Part shown: positions 1-8,165 of the stretch, piece after piece
Position numbering within the stretch: position 1 is the stretch's first letter
Layout of the letters: every line of letters starts with the position of its first letter
Assembly: GCA_009840385.1 (NCBI GenBank)
Contig: VXNX01000013.1
Location: forward strand, 198,222 to 262,221
DNA from: Candidatus Dadabacteria bacterium
GTDB taxonomy: Bacteria; Desulfobacterota_D; UBA1144; Nemesobacterales; Nemesobacteraceae
Direction: 5' to 3'
DNA: 64,000 nt
Position numbers and translations under genes: made by a program
The notes under the pieces: generated by a model
Seen by the model: only the letters and a program-made list of their open reading frames with translations
What the model was told of the DNA's origin: nothing
Databases searched by the model: none

Positions 1-3000
1 CAGACGTGCTGCTGGGCCAAGCGGACCCGTTGACGGTCCTGTTCAGCAGCGGAGACCCGACCCCGGGCGATCTGTATCTAAAAGCTCCGGTGGCACGTGC
101 GGCGAACCGGCTACTGCGAGAAACGGTTCAGACTCTTGTGGCGGGGCTGCCCGACGGCCGACACCTCAGGGTGATCGAAGTCGGGGCGGGCACAGGGTCG
201 GCGACCGCGGCCATCCTGCCGGAACTCCCGGAAGGGCGGTTCGACTACATGTACACGGATATCTCGGCGGGCTTCTTTGCGGAAGCGGAGGCGCGTTTCG
301 GAGGCGAGGAAGCGTCGATAGATTACCGCATGCTGGATATCGAGAAGGATCCGGTGGAGCAGGGATTCGACTCCCACGGTTATGACCTGGTGATTGCGTC
401 CAATGTGCTGCACGCCACTCGATACCTAGACGAGACGCTTGGGCACTGCCGGCGGCTTCTCGCGCCATCAGGACAGATGGTCGCGCTCGAGAACCTGAGG
501 GGTATGGGTTGGATGGACCTGACTTTCGGGCCGCTGGACGGCTGGTGGCGGTTTGCCGATGCCTACCGACCGCAGCACGCCCTGGTGGAACCTGCTGTGT
601 GGCGTCGCGTACTCGCTGACGTGGGTTTCGAGGAAATAGAAGTGCTGGGGGTGAAAGAGTCCGACTCGACCGAGATGCCGGATAAGGGTGTGATCGTGGC
701 GCGGGGTCCGGCTGAGGTGACCGAAAAACCGGGCGTCTGGGTTCTGGCGGCGGATAGCGCCGACGTGGCCGAGGAGCTGGCAGCAGGGTTGGCCGCGCGC
801 AACCAGACAGTCGTGCTGGCGGACCATCAACCCCCGGAGAACGGGCATTCAGAAGTGGACGGGTCCGGCATTTTGCGGTCAACGGTGGAAATGGAGCGGC
901 GCGAGTCGTGGCAATCGTTGCTGGAGAGCCTGCCAGGAGATACGCCTCTTAGCGGCGTCGTGCACCTCGTGGCGCTGGGCGGCCACGGCCCGAATGCGAC
1001 AACCGAAGAGATGGCGGAGGACACGAGGCGAGCGGTGGCAAGCGCGCTGGCGTTGACGCAGGGGCTGCTTGACTCCGATGTGGCGCCCGAGAACGGAGTG
1101 TGGTTTCTTACGCGGGGCGCGCAGGTGCTGGAAAAGGAGCTTGGCGGGGAACTTGCCGGCGCGACGCTATGGGGTTTCGGGAAGGGCGTGTCCCGTGAAG
1201 CGGCGCATCTGAAGCTGAGAATGATTGACCTCGACCCCGTAGAAACGCAATCGCCTGAACTCCTCGACGAACTGCTGTATCCCGATCACGAGAATCACAT
1301 CGCGCATCGCTACGGCCGACGTATGGTGGCCCGCCTGGTCCGGGCGGGGACCAGCACGGAGCGGTTGACATTTCCGGAGCAGTCGGCCTGGGCGTTGGCT
1401 CCGGACCCGGACGGCATATTCGATAAGCCTTACGTCAAGCCGCTGCCGGCGCGTTCCCTGGAGCCGAAAGAAGTCCGCATCGCGGTCCGGGCTGCCGGAA
1501 TGAACTTCTGGGACGTATTTCGTTCACTTGGCTTCATTGAAGAAGAGAACTTAGGAAAGGAGATGTGTGGCCACGTGCTTGATGTGGGTTCCGAGGTGTC
1601 AACCGTCTCGGTCGGCGATCACGTGGTTGGATTGGGGTTCGGCGGTGCGTTCGCAGCCGAAACGATCATACGGGAGGAACTGGTGGTGCCCGCGCCACCG
1701 GGAATCCCGGCGACGGGTCTCGCCACAGTGCCGAATGTGTACGTCTCAGCCGCGTTTTCGTATGAGCTCTCAGGACTGAACGCTGGCGACCGGGTGCTGA
1801 TTCACGCGGGCGCCGGCGGTGTGGGACTCGCGGCTATCCAGTTGGCGCATGCCGCGGGCGCCGAGGTGTATGCCACGGCGAGTGAACTGAAGCGGCCCTA
1901 TCTCCGCTCCATCGGCGTGGAGCATGTGTTCGATAGCCGTACGACAAAATTCGGGGAAGAGATCCTCGAGGCCACGGACGGCGCAGGAGTCGACGTGGTG
2001 CTGAACAGCCTGACGGGAGAGGGATTCATCGAGGCGAGCCTGTCATGCCTGGCACAGGGTGGCCGGTTTGTGGAATTGGCCAGGCGAGACATCCTGAGCG
2101 AGGAGGAGATGGCGGAAGTTCGTCCCGACGTTGCCTACTCCATCCTGGAGCTGGATGTTTTGAAGAAGACTGAGCCGGCTTGCGTCGGAAGAGTTTTCCA
2201 GGAAGTGATGGAGCGCATTGCGGCGGGAGAACTGAAACCCCTTATCCACAGCAGTTGGCCCCTAGCTGAAGCGGGGGCCGCGTTGAGATTCATGCGATCG
2301 GGTCGGCACATAGGCAAGATCGTTCTTACAAATTCGCCGCTGCAGACGGGACGGCTGCGGGAGGACAGAACCTACCTGGTGACCGGCGGCCTGGGCGGTA
2401 TCGGGTGCGCCGTGGCCGGCTGGCTGGCGGATCACGGTGCTGGGACAATCGTGTTGAATGGACGACGGTCGCCGGACCCCGAGGTTGAAAAAGAGATCGA
2501 CTCGTTGCGTGAACGCGGGTTCACGGTGAGGGTGGAACTGGCGGATGTGACGGATACCGCTGCCGTGGACGACATGCTGGGGCGGATGGATCGGGAACTG
2601 CCGCCGCTCGGCGGAGTGATTCACAGCGTGGGAGTGTTGTCGGACGCTTCGCTGTCGAACCAGAGTTGGGAGAGTTTCGAACAGGTGCTGTGGCCGAAGG
2701 TGCTGGGCGCTTGGCACCTGCACCGTGCGACGGCGGAGCGCGATCTGGAGTTCTTCATCCTCTTTTCGAGCCGAGTCGGCGTCATGGGCAATCCGGGCCA
2801 GTCAAACCACGCCGCGGCCAATGCGTTCCTGGACCAGCTCGCCGCCCACCGGCGGGCGGTGGGGCTTCCGGGACAGGCCATTGCCTGGGGGGCGTGGTCA
2901 GAGATCGGCGAAGCGGCGGAACAACGAGACCGGATTGAACGGCAACGATCGGCGCTCGGCGGCCGCTGGTTTACACCGCAGCAAGGTCTCAGGGCGTTCG

Positions 3001-6000
3001 ACAGGCTGGTGCGCCAGGACGTAACGAATTCCGTGGTGATGTCTATGGACTGGGAAGTTTTCGAGGAGGCTGTCGAAGACCGTCCCTCCCTGCTAGAGGA
3101 CCTGATTTCCACCAGCCTCAAGGCCGACACCGACTCGCCTGCTCAGACGGACGACCTGATGTCCAGGGTGCGGAAGACGACTGTGGCGGAACGCGAGGGT
3201 ATGCTGGTGTCATTCCTGCAGGGGGAAGTGCAGGCAGTTCTGCGGCTGCCGTCGACGCCGACGCCAACGGTGGGGTTCTTCGATCTGGGGATGGACTCAT
3301 TGATGGCAGTAGAACTGAGAAACCGGCTCAACCGGGCATTCGCGGGCGAGTATGTCGTCTCCAACACGGCCGTCTTCGACTACCCCGACATCACGACCTT
3401 AGCCCGCTATCTGGGGGATGAACTCGGTCAACTGGGCGGGGACGACGGGACGTCCCAGACACCCGAGACAGCCACGCCCGCACCGCGCGCCCCCGTCTCT
3501 ACTGAGAATGACGACATAGCGATAGTCGGCATGGCGTGCCGTTTCCCGGGCGCGAAAAACCTTTCGGAATATTGGCATCTCTTGGAATCGGGCACTGACG
3601 CGGTAACCGACGGACGCCAGGCCGGCGATTCGCCGAGGAACGCCTTTGGAGACTCGAACTCCGAGAGCACCACCCACCTGCACGGCGCGTTTGTTGAGGA
3701 TATCGAGTGGTTTGACTCACGCTTCTTCCGTATTGCGCCGATAGAAGCGCGGATGATGGACCCACGACAGAGAATGATGCTGGAGACGAGTTGGGAGGCT
3801 ATCGAAGACGCCGGAATCGCTCCCGACAGCCTACGAGGCAGCCGCACCGGAGTGTATGCCGGAATCAGCCACAGCGAATACCAACATGTGATTGAAGAAA
3901 CCCAAGGCAAGGCCGACACTTTCCTCGGTCTAATGGCCAGCGTCACCGCCGGGCGGGTCGCGTCCGCACTGGGCCTTGAGGGCCCGGCAATGGCCATCGA
4001 TATGGCTTGCGCCTCGGCATTGGCTGCGGTGCATCAAGCCGTCGCCGGGCTACGGCGGGGCGATGTGGACCTAGCCCTCGCCGGAGGCGTGCATGCGGCG
4101 CTGTCGCGCAACATTTCCAAACTTATGCTGGATGTGGGGATGCTGTCGCCAAGCGGGCAGTGCCACCCCTTTGATGCGTCTGCGGACGGCTATGTACGCG
4201 GCGAGGGCTGCGGAATGCTCATTTTGAAACGGCTGGGTGAAGCGCAGATTGACGGCGACCGGATATGGGGCGTCATCAAGGGTTCTGCCGTTAACCAGAA
4301 CGGGGCAAGCGCGGGATTCACCATCCCGAACGGCCCGGCACAGGAGCGTGTTATAGAGGAGGCTCTTGCTCAGGCGGGCCTCACCGGGAGGGATGTTGAC
4401 TATCTCGAAGCGCACGCGACAGCCTCCCAGTTGGGCGACGCAATTGAAGTACACGCAGCAGGTTCGGTGTACGGCAGGGGGCGAGATGCCGACCGACCGC
4501 TGCTGATAGGCACCGTAAAGTCAAACATCGGATATCTGGAGACGGCGGCGGGCGTTGCCGGCCTGATAAAGGCCGTGCTGGCGATGAAGCAAGGTGTCAT
4601 TCCGAAACATCTGCACTTCAAGGAACCGAACCCACAAATCGACTGGGACCGACTGGCCGTGCGAGTGACTTCTGAAAAGACCGACTGGCCACCCCATCCT
4701 GACAGGCCGCCACGCGCGGCAGTAAGCGCGTTCGGCATATCGGGCGCAAACGCACATATGGTGGTGGAAGGCTACGGAATCGCAACAGAGAATGGCAGCG
4801 GAAGTGCCGGAGTGCAGTCGCTTAGGGGCGCTGCACAGCAAGTACCCATTTCTCTGCCAGAGCCGGTTGCGAATCTGCCGCTAGTCATGGACGGGCTAAT
4901 GGAGCGCACAGTGCGGTTCCTGCCGCTATCGGGCAAGTCGGACGGCGCACTGCGGGACATTGCAAAACAGTACCTGTCGTGGTTCGACGAGCATATTGCC
5001 GAGTCGTCGCCCAAAGCGCCTGCACTTGCTGACATAGCGTGGACGGCGGGTGTCGGACGCAGCCATTTTGACCATCGGGCCGCTGTAGTGTTCGGGGATA
5101 TGCAGTCTCTGCGCGCGGGGCTGACGAAACTCGCGGAGACCGGCGCCACGCCTGATAAGCCAGATCCGCAGCCTTTAAACAAAGTGGCATTCGTGTACAC
5201 AGGCGAGGGCAGCCAGTGGGTTGGCATGGGCGAGACATTGTACAACAGCGAGCCGGTCGTGCGCGCTGTTTTGAACCACTGTGACGCCGTGGTGCGCGCG
5301 GAGAGAGGAGCATCGCTGCTCGATGTGATGTTCGGGCGCACCGAAGCAACGGACGATCTGAATGATGCAGACTGGGCACAGCCGGCTCTCTACGCGTTGG
5401 AGTGCGCGCTGACGGCGCTTTGGGCAAGCGTTGGAATCCGCCCGACCGCCGCGCTGGGGCACGGCACGGGTGAGATTGCCGCAGCTCAGGCCGCAGGAGT
5501 CTTCACCTTAGAGGAAGGATTGCGCTTTGCCTTGACTCGCGGCACGCTGATGGCGGCCCTGCCGGGAGTGGACCCGGACCAATCTCTGAACGGTCTGGAA
5601 GCGGCATTTGCAGAGAGTGCGGTCTCGCCTCCATCCCTGACTCTGGTGAGCGGCGTTACGGGGCGAGTTGTGGATGCGGACAGCCCACTCGACGGGGCGT
5701 ACTGGCGTACGCAGGCGTGCGAAACCACGGCGTTCGGCGCAGGGGTCTCCGCGCTTGCCGAGTTGGGAGTAGATGCAGTGGTAGAGATTGGCCCCGGCGC
5801 GGTACTGGGGCCGCAGGTGAGTCTCGAGTGGCCGGACTCGTCGGACGGAGAGGAAGCCACCACTTCACCACTCGTGCTTGTGAGCCTGATGCGGCCATCC
5901 GACGAGGATTCAGAGGAGGACGGTACCGGTTTTGCAAAGGCGGTTGCAGGGGCATACGAGGCGGGACTGGCGCTTTCCTTTGAGGGCATGTTCGCCGGGG

Positions 6001-6062
6001 AGTCGCGCCGCCGCATCTCGCTGCCGAGCTATCCGTTCCAGCGCAGGCGTCACTGGGTGTAA
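1..6062 (+). CDS. Modular type I polyketide synthase, 5'-partial (frame open to window start). Domain order cMT-ER-KR-ACP-KS-AT, ending after the post-AT linker.
   Basis: 2018-aa ORF. cMT motif VIEVGAGTGS. ER motif LIHAGAGGVGLAAIQLA. KR Rossmann motif TGGLGGIGCAVAGWL. ACP motif GMDSLMAVEL. KS motifs DIAIVGMACRFPG, DMACASALAAVH and EAHATAS. AT motifs GEGSQWVGMG and LGHGTGE. C-terminus SYPFQRRRHWV. GC ~66% versus ~48% in the rest of the window. Confidence 0.93.
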   Translation, partial: DVLLGQADPLTVLFSSGDPTPGDLYLKAPVARAANRLLRETVQTLVAGLPDGRHLRVIEVGAGTGSATAAILPELPEGRFDYMYTDISAGFFAEAEARFGGEEASIDYRMLDIEKDPVEQGFDSHGYDLVIASNVLHATRYLDETLGHCRRLLAPSGQMVALENLRGMGWMDLTFGPLDGWWRFADAYRPQHALVEPAVWRRVLADVGFEEIEVLGVKESDSTEMPDKGVIVARGPAEVTEKPGVWVLAADSADVAEELAAGLAARNQTVVLADHQPPENGHSEVDGSGILRSTVEMERRESWQSLLESLPGDTPLSGVVHLVALGGHGPNATTEEMAEDTRRAVASALALTQGLLDSDVAPENGVWFLTRGAQVLEKELGGELAGATLWGFGKGVSREAAHLKLRMIDLDPVETQSPELLDELLYPDHENHIAHRYGRRMVARLVRAGTSTERLTFPEQSAWALAPDPDGIFDKPYVKPLPARSLEPKEVRIAVRAAGMNFWDVFRSLGFIEEENLGKEMCGHVLDVGSEVSTVSVGDHVVGLGFGGAFAAETIIREELVVPAPPGIPATGLATVPNVYVSAAFSYELSGLNAGDRVLIHAGAGGVGLAAIQLAHAAGAEVYATASELKRPYLRSIGVEHVFDSRTTKFGEEILEATDGAGVDVVLNSLTGEGFIEASLSCLAQGGRFVELARRDILSEEEMAEVRPDVAYSILELDVLKKTEPACVGRVFQEVMERIAAGELKPLIHSSWPLAEAGAALRFMRSGRHIGKIVLTNSPLQTGRLREDRTYLVTGGLGGIGCAVAGWLADHGAGTIVLNGRRSPDPEVEKEIDSLRERGFTVRVELADVTDTAAVDDMLGRMDRELPPLGGVIHSVGVLSDASLSNQSWESFEQVLWPKVLGAWHLHRATAERDLEFFILFSSRVGVMGNPGQSNHAAANAFLDQLAAHRRAVGLPGQAIAWGAWSEIGEAAEQRDRIERQRSALGGRWFTPQQGLRAFDRLVRQDVTNSVVMSMDWEVFEEAVEDRPSLLEDLISTSLKADTDSPAQTDDLMSRVRKTTVAEREGMLVSFLQGEVQAVLRLPSTPTPTVGFFDLGMDSLMAVELRNRLNRAFAGEYVVSNTAVFDYPDITTLARYLGDELGQLGGDDGTSQTPETATPAPRAPVSTENDDIAIVGMACRFPGAKNLSEYWHLLESGTDAVTDGRQAGDSPRNAFGDSNSESTTHLHGAFVEDIEWFDSRFFRIAPIEARMMDPRQRMMLETSWEAIEDAGIAPDSLRGSRTGVYAGISHSEYQHVIEETQGKADTFLGLMASVTAGRVASALGLEGPAMAIDMACASALAAVHQAVAGLRRGDVDLALAGGVHAALSRNISKLMLDVGMLSPSGQCHPFDASADGYVRGEGCGMLILKRLGEAQIDGDRIWGVIKGSAVNQNGASAGFTIPNGPAQERVIEEALAQAGLTGRDVDYLEAHATASQLGDAIEVHAAGSVYGRGRDADRPLLIGTVKSNIGYLETAAGVAGLIKAVLAMKQGVIPKHLHFKEPNPQIDWDRLAVRVTSEKTDWPPHPDRPPRAAVSAFGISGANAHMVVEGYGIATENGSGSAGVQSLRGAAQQVPISLPEPVANLPLVMDGLMERTVRFLPLSGKSDGALRDIAKQYLSWFDEHIAESSPKAPALADIAWTAGVGRSHFDHRAAVVFGDMQSLRAGLTKLAETGATPDKPDPQPLNKVAFVYTGEGSQWVGMGETLYNSEPVVRAVLNHCDAVVRAERGASLLDVMFGRTEATDDLNDADWAQPALYALECALTALWASVGIRPTAALGHGTGEIAAAQAAGVFTLEEGLRFALTRGTLMAALPGVDPDQSLNGLEAAFAESAVSPPSLTLVSGVTGRVVDADSPLDGAYWRTQACETTAFGAGVSALAELGVDAVVEIGPGAVLGPQVSLEWPDSSDGEEATTSPLVLVSLMRPSDEDSEEDGTGFAKAVAGAYEAGLALSFEGMFAGESRRRISLPSYPFQRRRHWV
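6..650 (+). other. PKS C-methyltransferase domain (N-terminally truncated by the window edge)
   Basis: SAM-binding motif I RVIEVGAGTGSATAA, followed by DLVIASNVLHAT. Confidence 0.7.
1398..2330 (+). other. PKS enoylreductase (MDR-type) domain
   Basis: NADPH-binding motif HAGAGGVGLAAIQLAHAAGAEVYATAS. Confidence 0.75.
2367..3065 (+). other. PKS ketoreductase domain, predicted inactive (catalytic Tyr replaced by His)
   Basis: Rossmann motif TYLVTGGLGGIGCAVAGW. Catalytic motif reads GNPGQSNHAAANAFLD (codon cac at 2808-2810) instead of the canonical NYAAAN. Confidence 0.7.
3183..3425 (+). other. PKS acyl carrier protein domain
   Basis: FFDLGMDSLMAVELRNRL with a conserved DSL phosphopantetheine-site serine. 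Confidence 0.75.
3507..4775 (+). other. PKS ketosynthase domain with a non-canonical triad (Cys-His-Tyr)
   Basis: Active-site Cys in IDMACASAL (tgc at 4008-4010). First His in YLEAHATAS. The second His of the NIGH(T) motif is Tyr in KSNIGYLETAAGVAG (tat at 4533-4535). Confidence 0.75.
5181..6020 (+). other. PKS acyltransferase domain, predicted inactive (AT0)
   Basis: FVYTGEGSQWVGMG has GEGSQ where GQGSQ is expected. Active-site motif GHGTG (ggc at 5463-5465) replaces GHSxG. No His in the ~90 residues downstream where the HAFH/YASH motif should lie. Ends with the post-AT linker YPFQRRRHW. Confidence 0.75.
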
Positions 6063-6101
6063 TCGGGGGGTCGTGTCACGAAGAAAACTAGAGGAAATTG
6101 A

Positions 6102-6130
6102 TTGACCTAAGCGCCTATATGTTATACCAT
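6102..6130 (+). promoter_or_regulatory. Putative sigma70-type promoter for the discrete carrier-protein gene
   Basis: TTGACC (6102-6107), a 17-nt spacer, then TACCAT (6125-6130). Strong RBS AAAGGAGGG lies 9 nt before the ATG at 6174. AT-rich leader. Confidence 0.3.
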
Positions 6131-6173
6131 TGACTTCTAATATCTTAAATTCTTAAAAGGAGGGCTTTATATT

Positions 6174-6419
6174 ATGGCTTCAACTGAAGAAAGACTGAGA
6201 CAACTTGCGGACGAAAACCTGGAGGTAGATGGACAGCCGGTAGGCAAGTTGCTGGACCTAGACAAGGGTCTTGCTGATGTGGGTGTTTCCTCTATGGACG
6301 CAGTCTCATTCGCCAAAGTGCTAGAACAGGAGTTCAATGTCTCCCTTCTTCCCGATAAGGCCGGGGAGATTCAGACTATTGGAGACTTGATAGCGTACTT
6401 GGAGGCCAACGCTTCTTAA
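6174..6419 (+). CDS. Discrete acyl/peptidyl carrier protein
   Basis: 81-aa acidic protein. Carrier-protein fold motif LDKGLADVGVSSMDAVSFAKVLEQEF, with Ser in an atypical GVSSMD context. Strong RBS. Sits immediately after the PKS, which ends without an ACP. Confidence 0.7.
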   Translation: MASTEERLRQLADENLEVDGQPVGKLLDLDKGLADVGVSSMDAVSFAKVLEQEFNVSLLPDKAGEIQTIGDLIAYLEANAS

Positions 6420-6451
6420 CACCTCACTCCTGTAGAGGTAACCGGCATCTG

Positions 6452-7225
6452 ATGTCCGCTTCTGCTGCAAGGTACTGGTGGAGTTTTTTCCGTAAAGCTG
6501 GTCCCGTTACCGTCACGCATGTAGACCTGACGCCTAATGCCAGCCGTGAGGCATCATCTTTATTATTGCTGAACGAGGAAGAACAGGTGCGTTGTCGCCA
6601 ATATCCGCTTCCAGGTCCTCGTCGCAGATTTGCTCTGTGCCGTGCTGCGCTTCGGACTATCCTCTGTCGCCAACTCGGCTGCAGCAATGAACGCCTCAGC
6701 TTCGGTTCATCTGAGTATGGAAAGCCGTTTGCGCTAGTAGACGAGGAACCGGCAGCCATCAGCTTCAACCTCAGCCACAGCGCAAAGCATGGCTTGATAG
6801 CTCTTGTTCCCCATGGACGGCTGGGCGTGGATGTGGAGGAGCGGGTCCCTCGAGGGGATTTTGACGAACTGAGCGAAGCCGTGTTCGGTCCTCATGAACA
6901 GTCCGCCCTTGGAAACGTACGCGGACGCGACAGGACTCGGCTGTTCTTCAGACTCTGGACCATCAAGGAAGCCCTAATCAAGGCTCTTGGCCTAGGCTTT
7001 ACTCTTGATGTGTCTCAGTTTGAAGTGCCACCAGCCTTGCATCAGGGGAGAGTGGGCATATTTCGCTTTCCACAGCTACCGGAAGTGCACTGGCGCGTCG
7101 AATACATCGGCAACGAAGATTTCTCAGCGGCCATCGCGCATGAGCTTGTCCCGTCCCAATTGGGCGACCAGTCACTGCAGCGGCGAAACGGTGACGTGCT
7201 GGAAAAACAAGGAGCTTGCCAGTGA
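6452..7225 (+). CDS. 4'-phosphopantetheinyl transferase, Sfp-type
   Basis: Motifs FNLSHS, GVDVE and WTIKEALIKALGLG (the W/FxxKEAxxKAxG signature). RBS GAGGT lies upstream of the ATG. Confidence 0.85.
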   Translation: MSASAARYWWSFFRKAGPVTVTHVDLTPNASREASSLLLLNEEEQVRCRQYPLPGPRRRFALCRAALRTILCRQLGCSNERLSFGSSEYGKPFALVDEEPAAISFNLSHSAKHGLIALVPHGRLGVDVEERVPRGDFDELSEAVFGPHEQSALGNVRGRDRTRLFFRLWTIKEALIKALGLGFTLDVSQFEVPPALHQGRVGIFRFPQLPEVHWRVEYIGNEDFSAAIAHELVPSQLGDQSLQRRNGDVLEKQGACQ

Positions 7226-8127
7226 CTTCAGAAATCGTATGGGAGGTACCTGAACCACTTTCCACTCACGATGTCCGCGTGGATGACGACACCATAATTA
7301 CGCTGCGGCAACATGGAAATCCGTCAGGACCGCGACTCGTCATGAGCCATGGCAACGGTCTCGCAGTCGATCTGTACTATCCATTCTGGTCGCTCCTGAC
7401 CGACGACTTTGACCTAATAATTTACGATCTCAGAAACCATGGATGGAATCCGGTAGGCGATCTTCAAAACCATAGTCTTCCAACATTGGTTCAGGACAAC
7501 GACACCATTCTCGAGGCTATCGACCGCCACTATGGAGCAAAGTCCAGAATAGGTGTGTTCCACTCAGTTGCGGCTCTGGCGACTCTGCTATCACCCAAAA
7601 AGGGCGGCGACTTTGCAGCCCGGGTTCTGTTCGACCCGCCTGTCTGCAAACCTGGCCGAAGCTTTAAGGATTATGAAGATATCGCAAAACGTATGGCCAA
7701 AACGATCCGTCAAAGCACGAGTCAGTTTAAAACCACGCAGGAACTTGTGGACATTCTTCCCTACATTCCAGCCTGGCAGCACGTGGTGCCAGGGGTATTC
7801 GACCTTTATGCAAGAACAACCCTGCGTGAATGTGCGAATGGAGAGGGGTATGAACCTCGCTGCCCTTCTGAGTACCAGGCGCAGTTAATAGAGTACGCCA
7901 GCGCCTTTGCCGTACTCGTGGACTTTCAGTCGCTCCTCTGCCCGACAAAGGTCATCGGGGCCGACCCGACCTTGCCATACTCATACCTGCCGACGCTCGA
8001 CCTGAGCGATATGTCTACCGTGGATTACGACTTTCTGCCTGACACTACGCACCTTCTTCTTTTGGAAAAGCCGCAGGAATGCGTCAAGTCCATGCTTGAG
8101 TTCATCGAGCCGATTATCACTACGTAA
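7216..8127 (+). CDS. Alpha/beta-hydrolase fold protein (possible thioesterase or hydrolase). Start uncertain: TTG at 7216 or GTG at 7222.
   Basis: HGNG oxyanion-type motif in LVMSHGNGLAVD. Nucleophile-elbow-like GVFHSVAAL is not a strict GxSxG. Length ~300 aa. Follows the PPTase. Confidence 0.5.
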   Translation: MPVTSEIVWEVPEPLSTHDVRVDDDTIITLRQHGNPSGPRLVMSHGNGLAVDLYYPFWSLLTDDFDLIIYDLRNHGWNPVGDLQNHSLPTLVQDNDTILEAIDRHYGAKSRIGVFHSVAALATLLSPKKGGDFAARVLFDPPVCKPGRSFKDYEDIAKRMAKTIRQSTSQFKTTQELVDILPYIPAWQHVVPGVFDLYARTTLRECANGEGYEPRCPSEYQAQLIEYASAFAVLVDFQSLLCPTKVIGADPTLPYSYLPTLDLSDMSTVDYDFLPDTTHLLLLEKPQECVKSMLEFIEPIITT

Positions 8128-8165
8128 ACTCGACCCCTTCCCTTGCGTTCCAATCCAGAGAGTCG

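Noticed and set aside
111-5983. Many 60-240-aa minus-strand and alternate-frame ORFs inside the PKS gene (e.g. 166-882, 3428-3997, 4772-5427, 5486-6016)
   Set aside because: High-GC sequence suppresses stop codons. Their translations are Arg/Pro/Ala-rich low-complexity. The plus-frame PKS translation is unambiguous.
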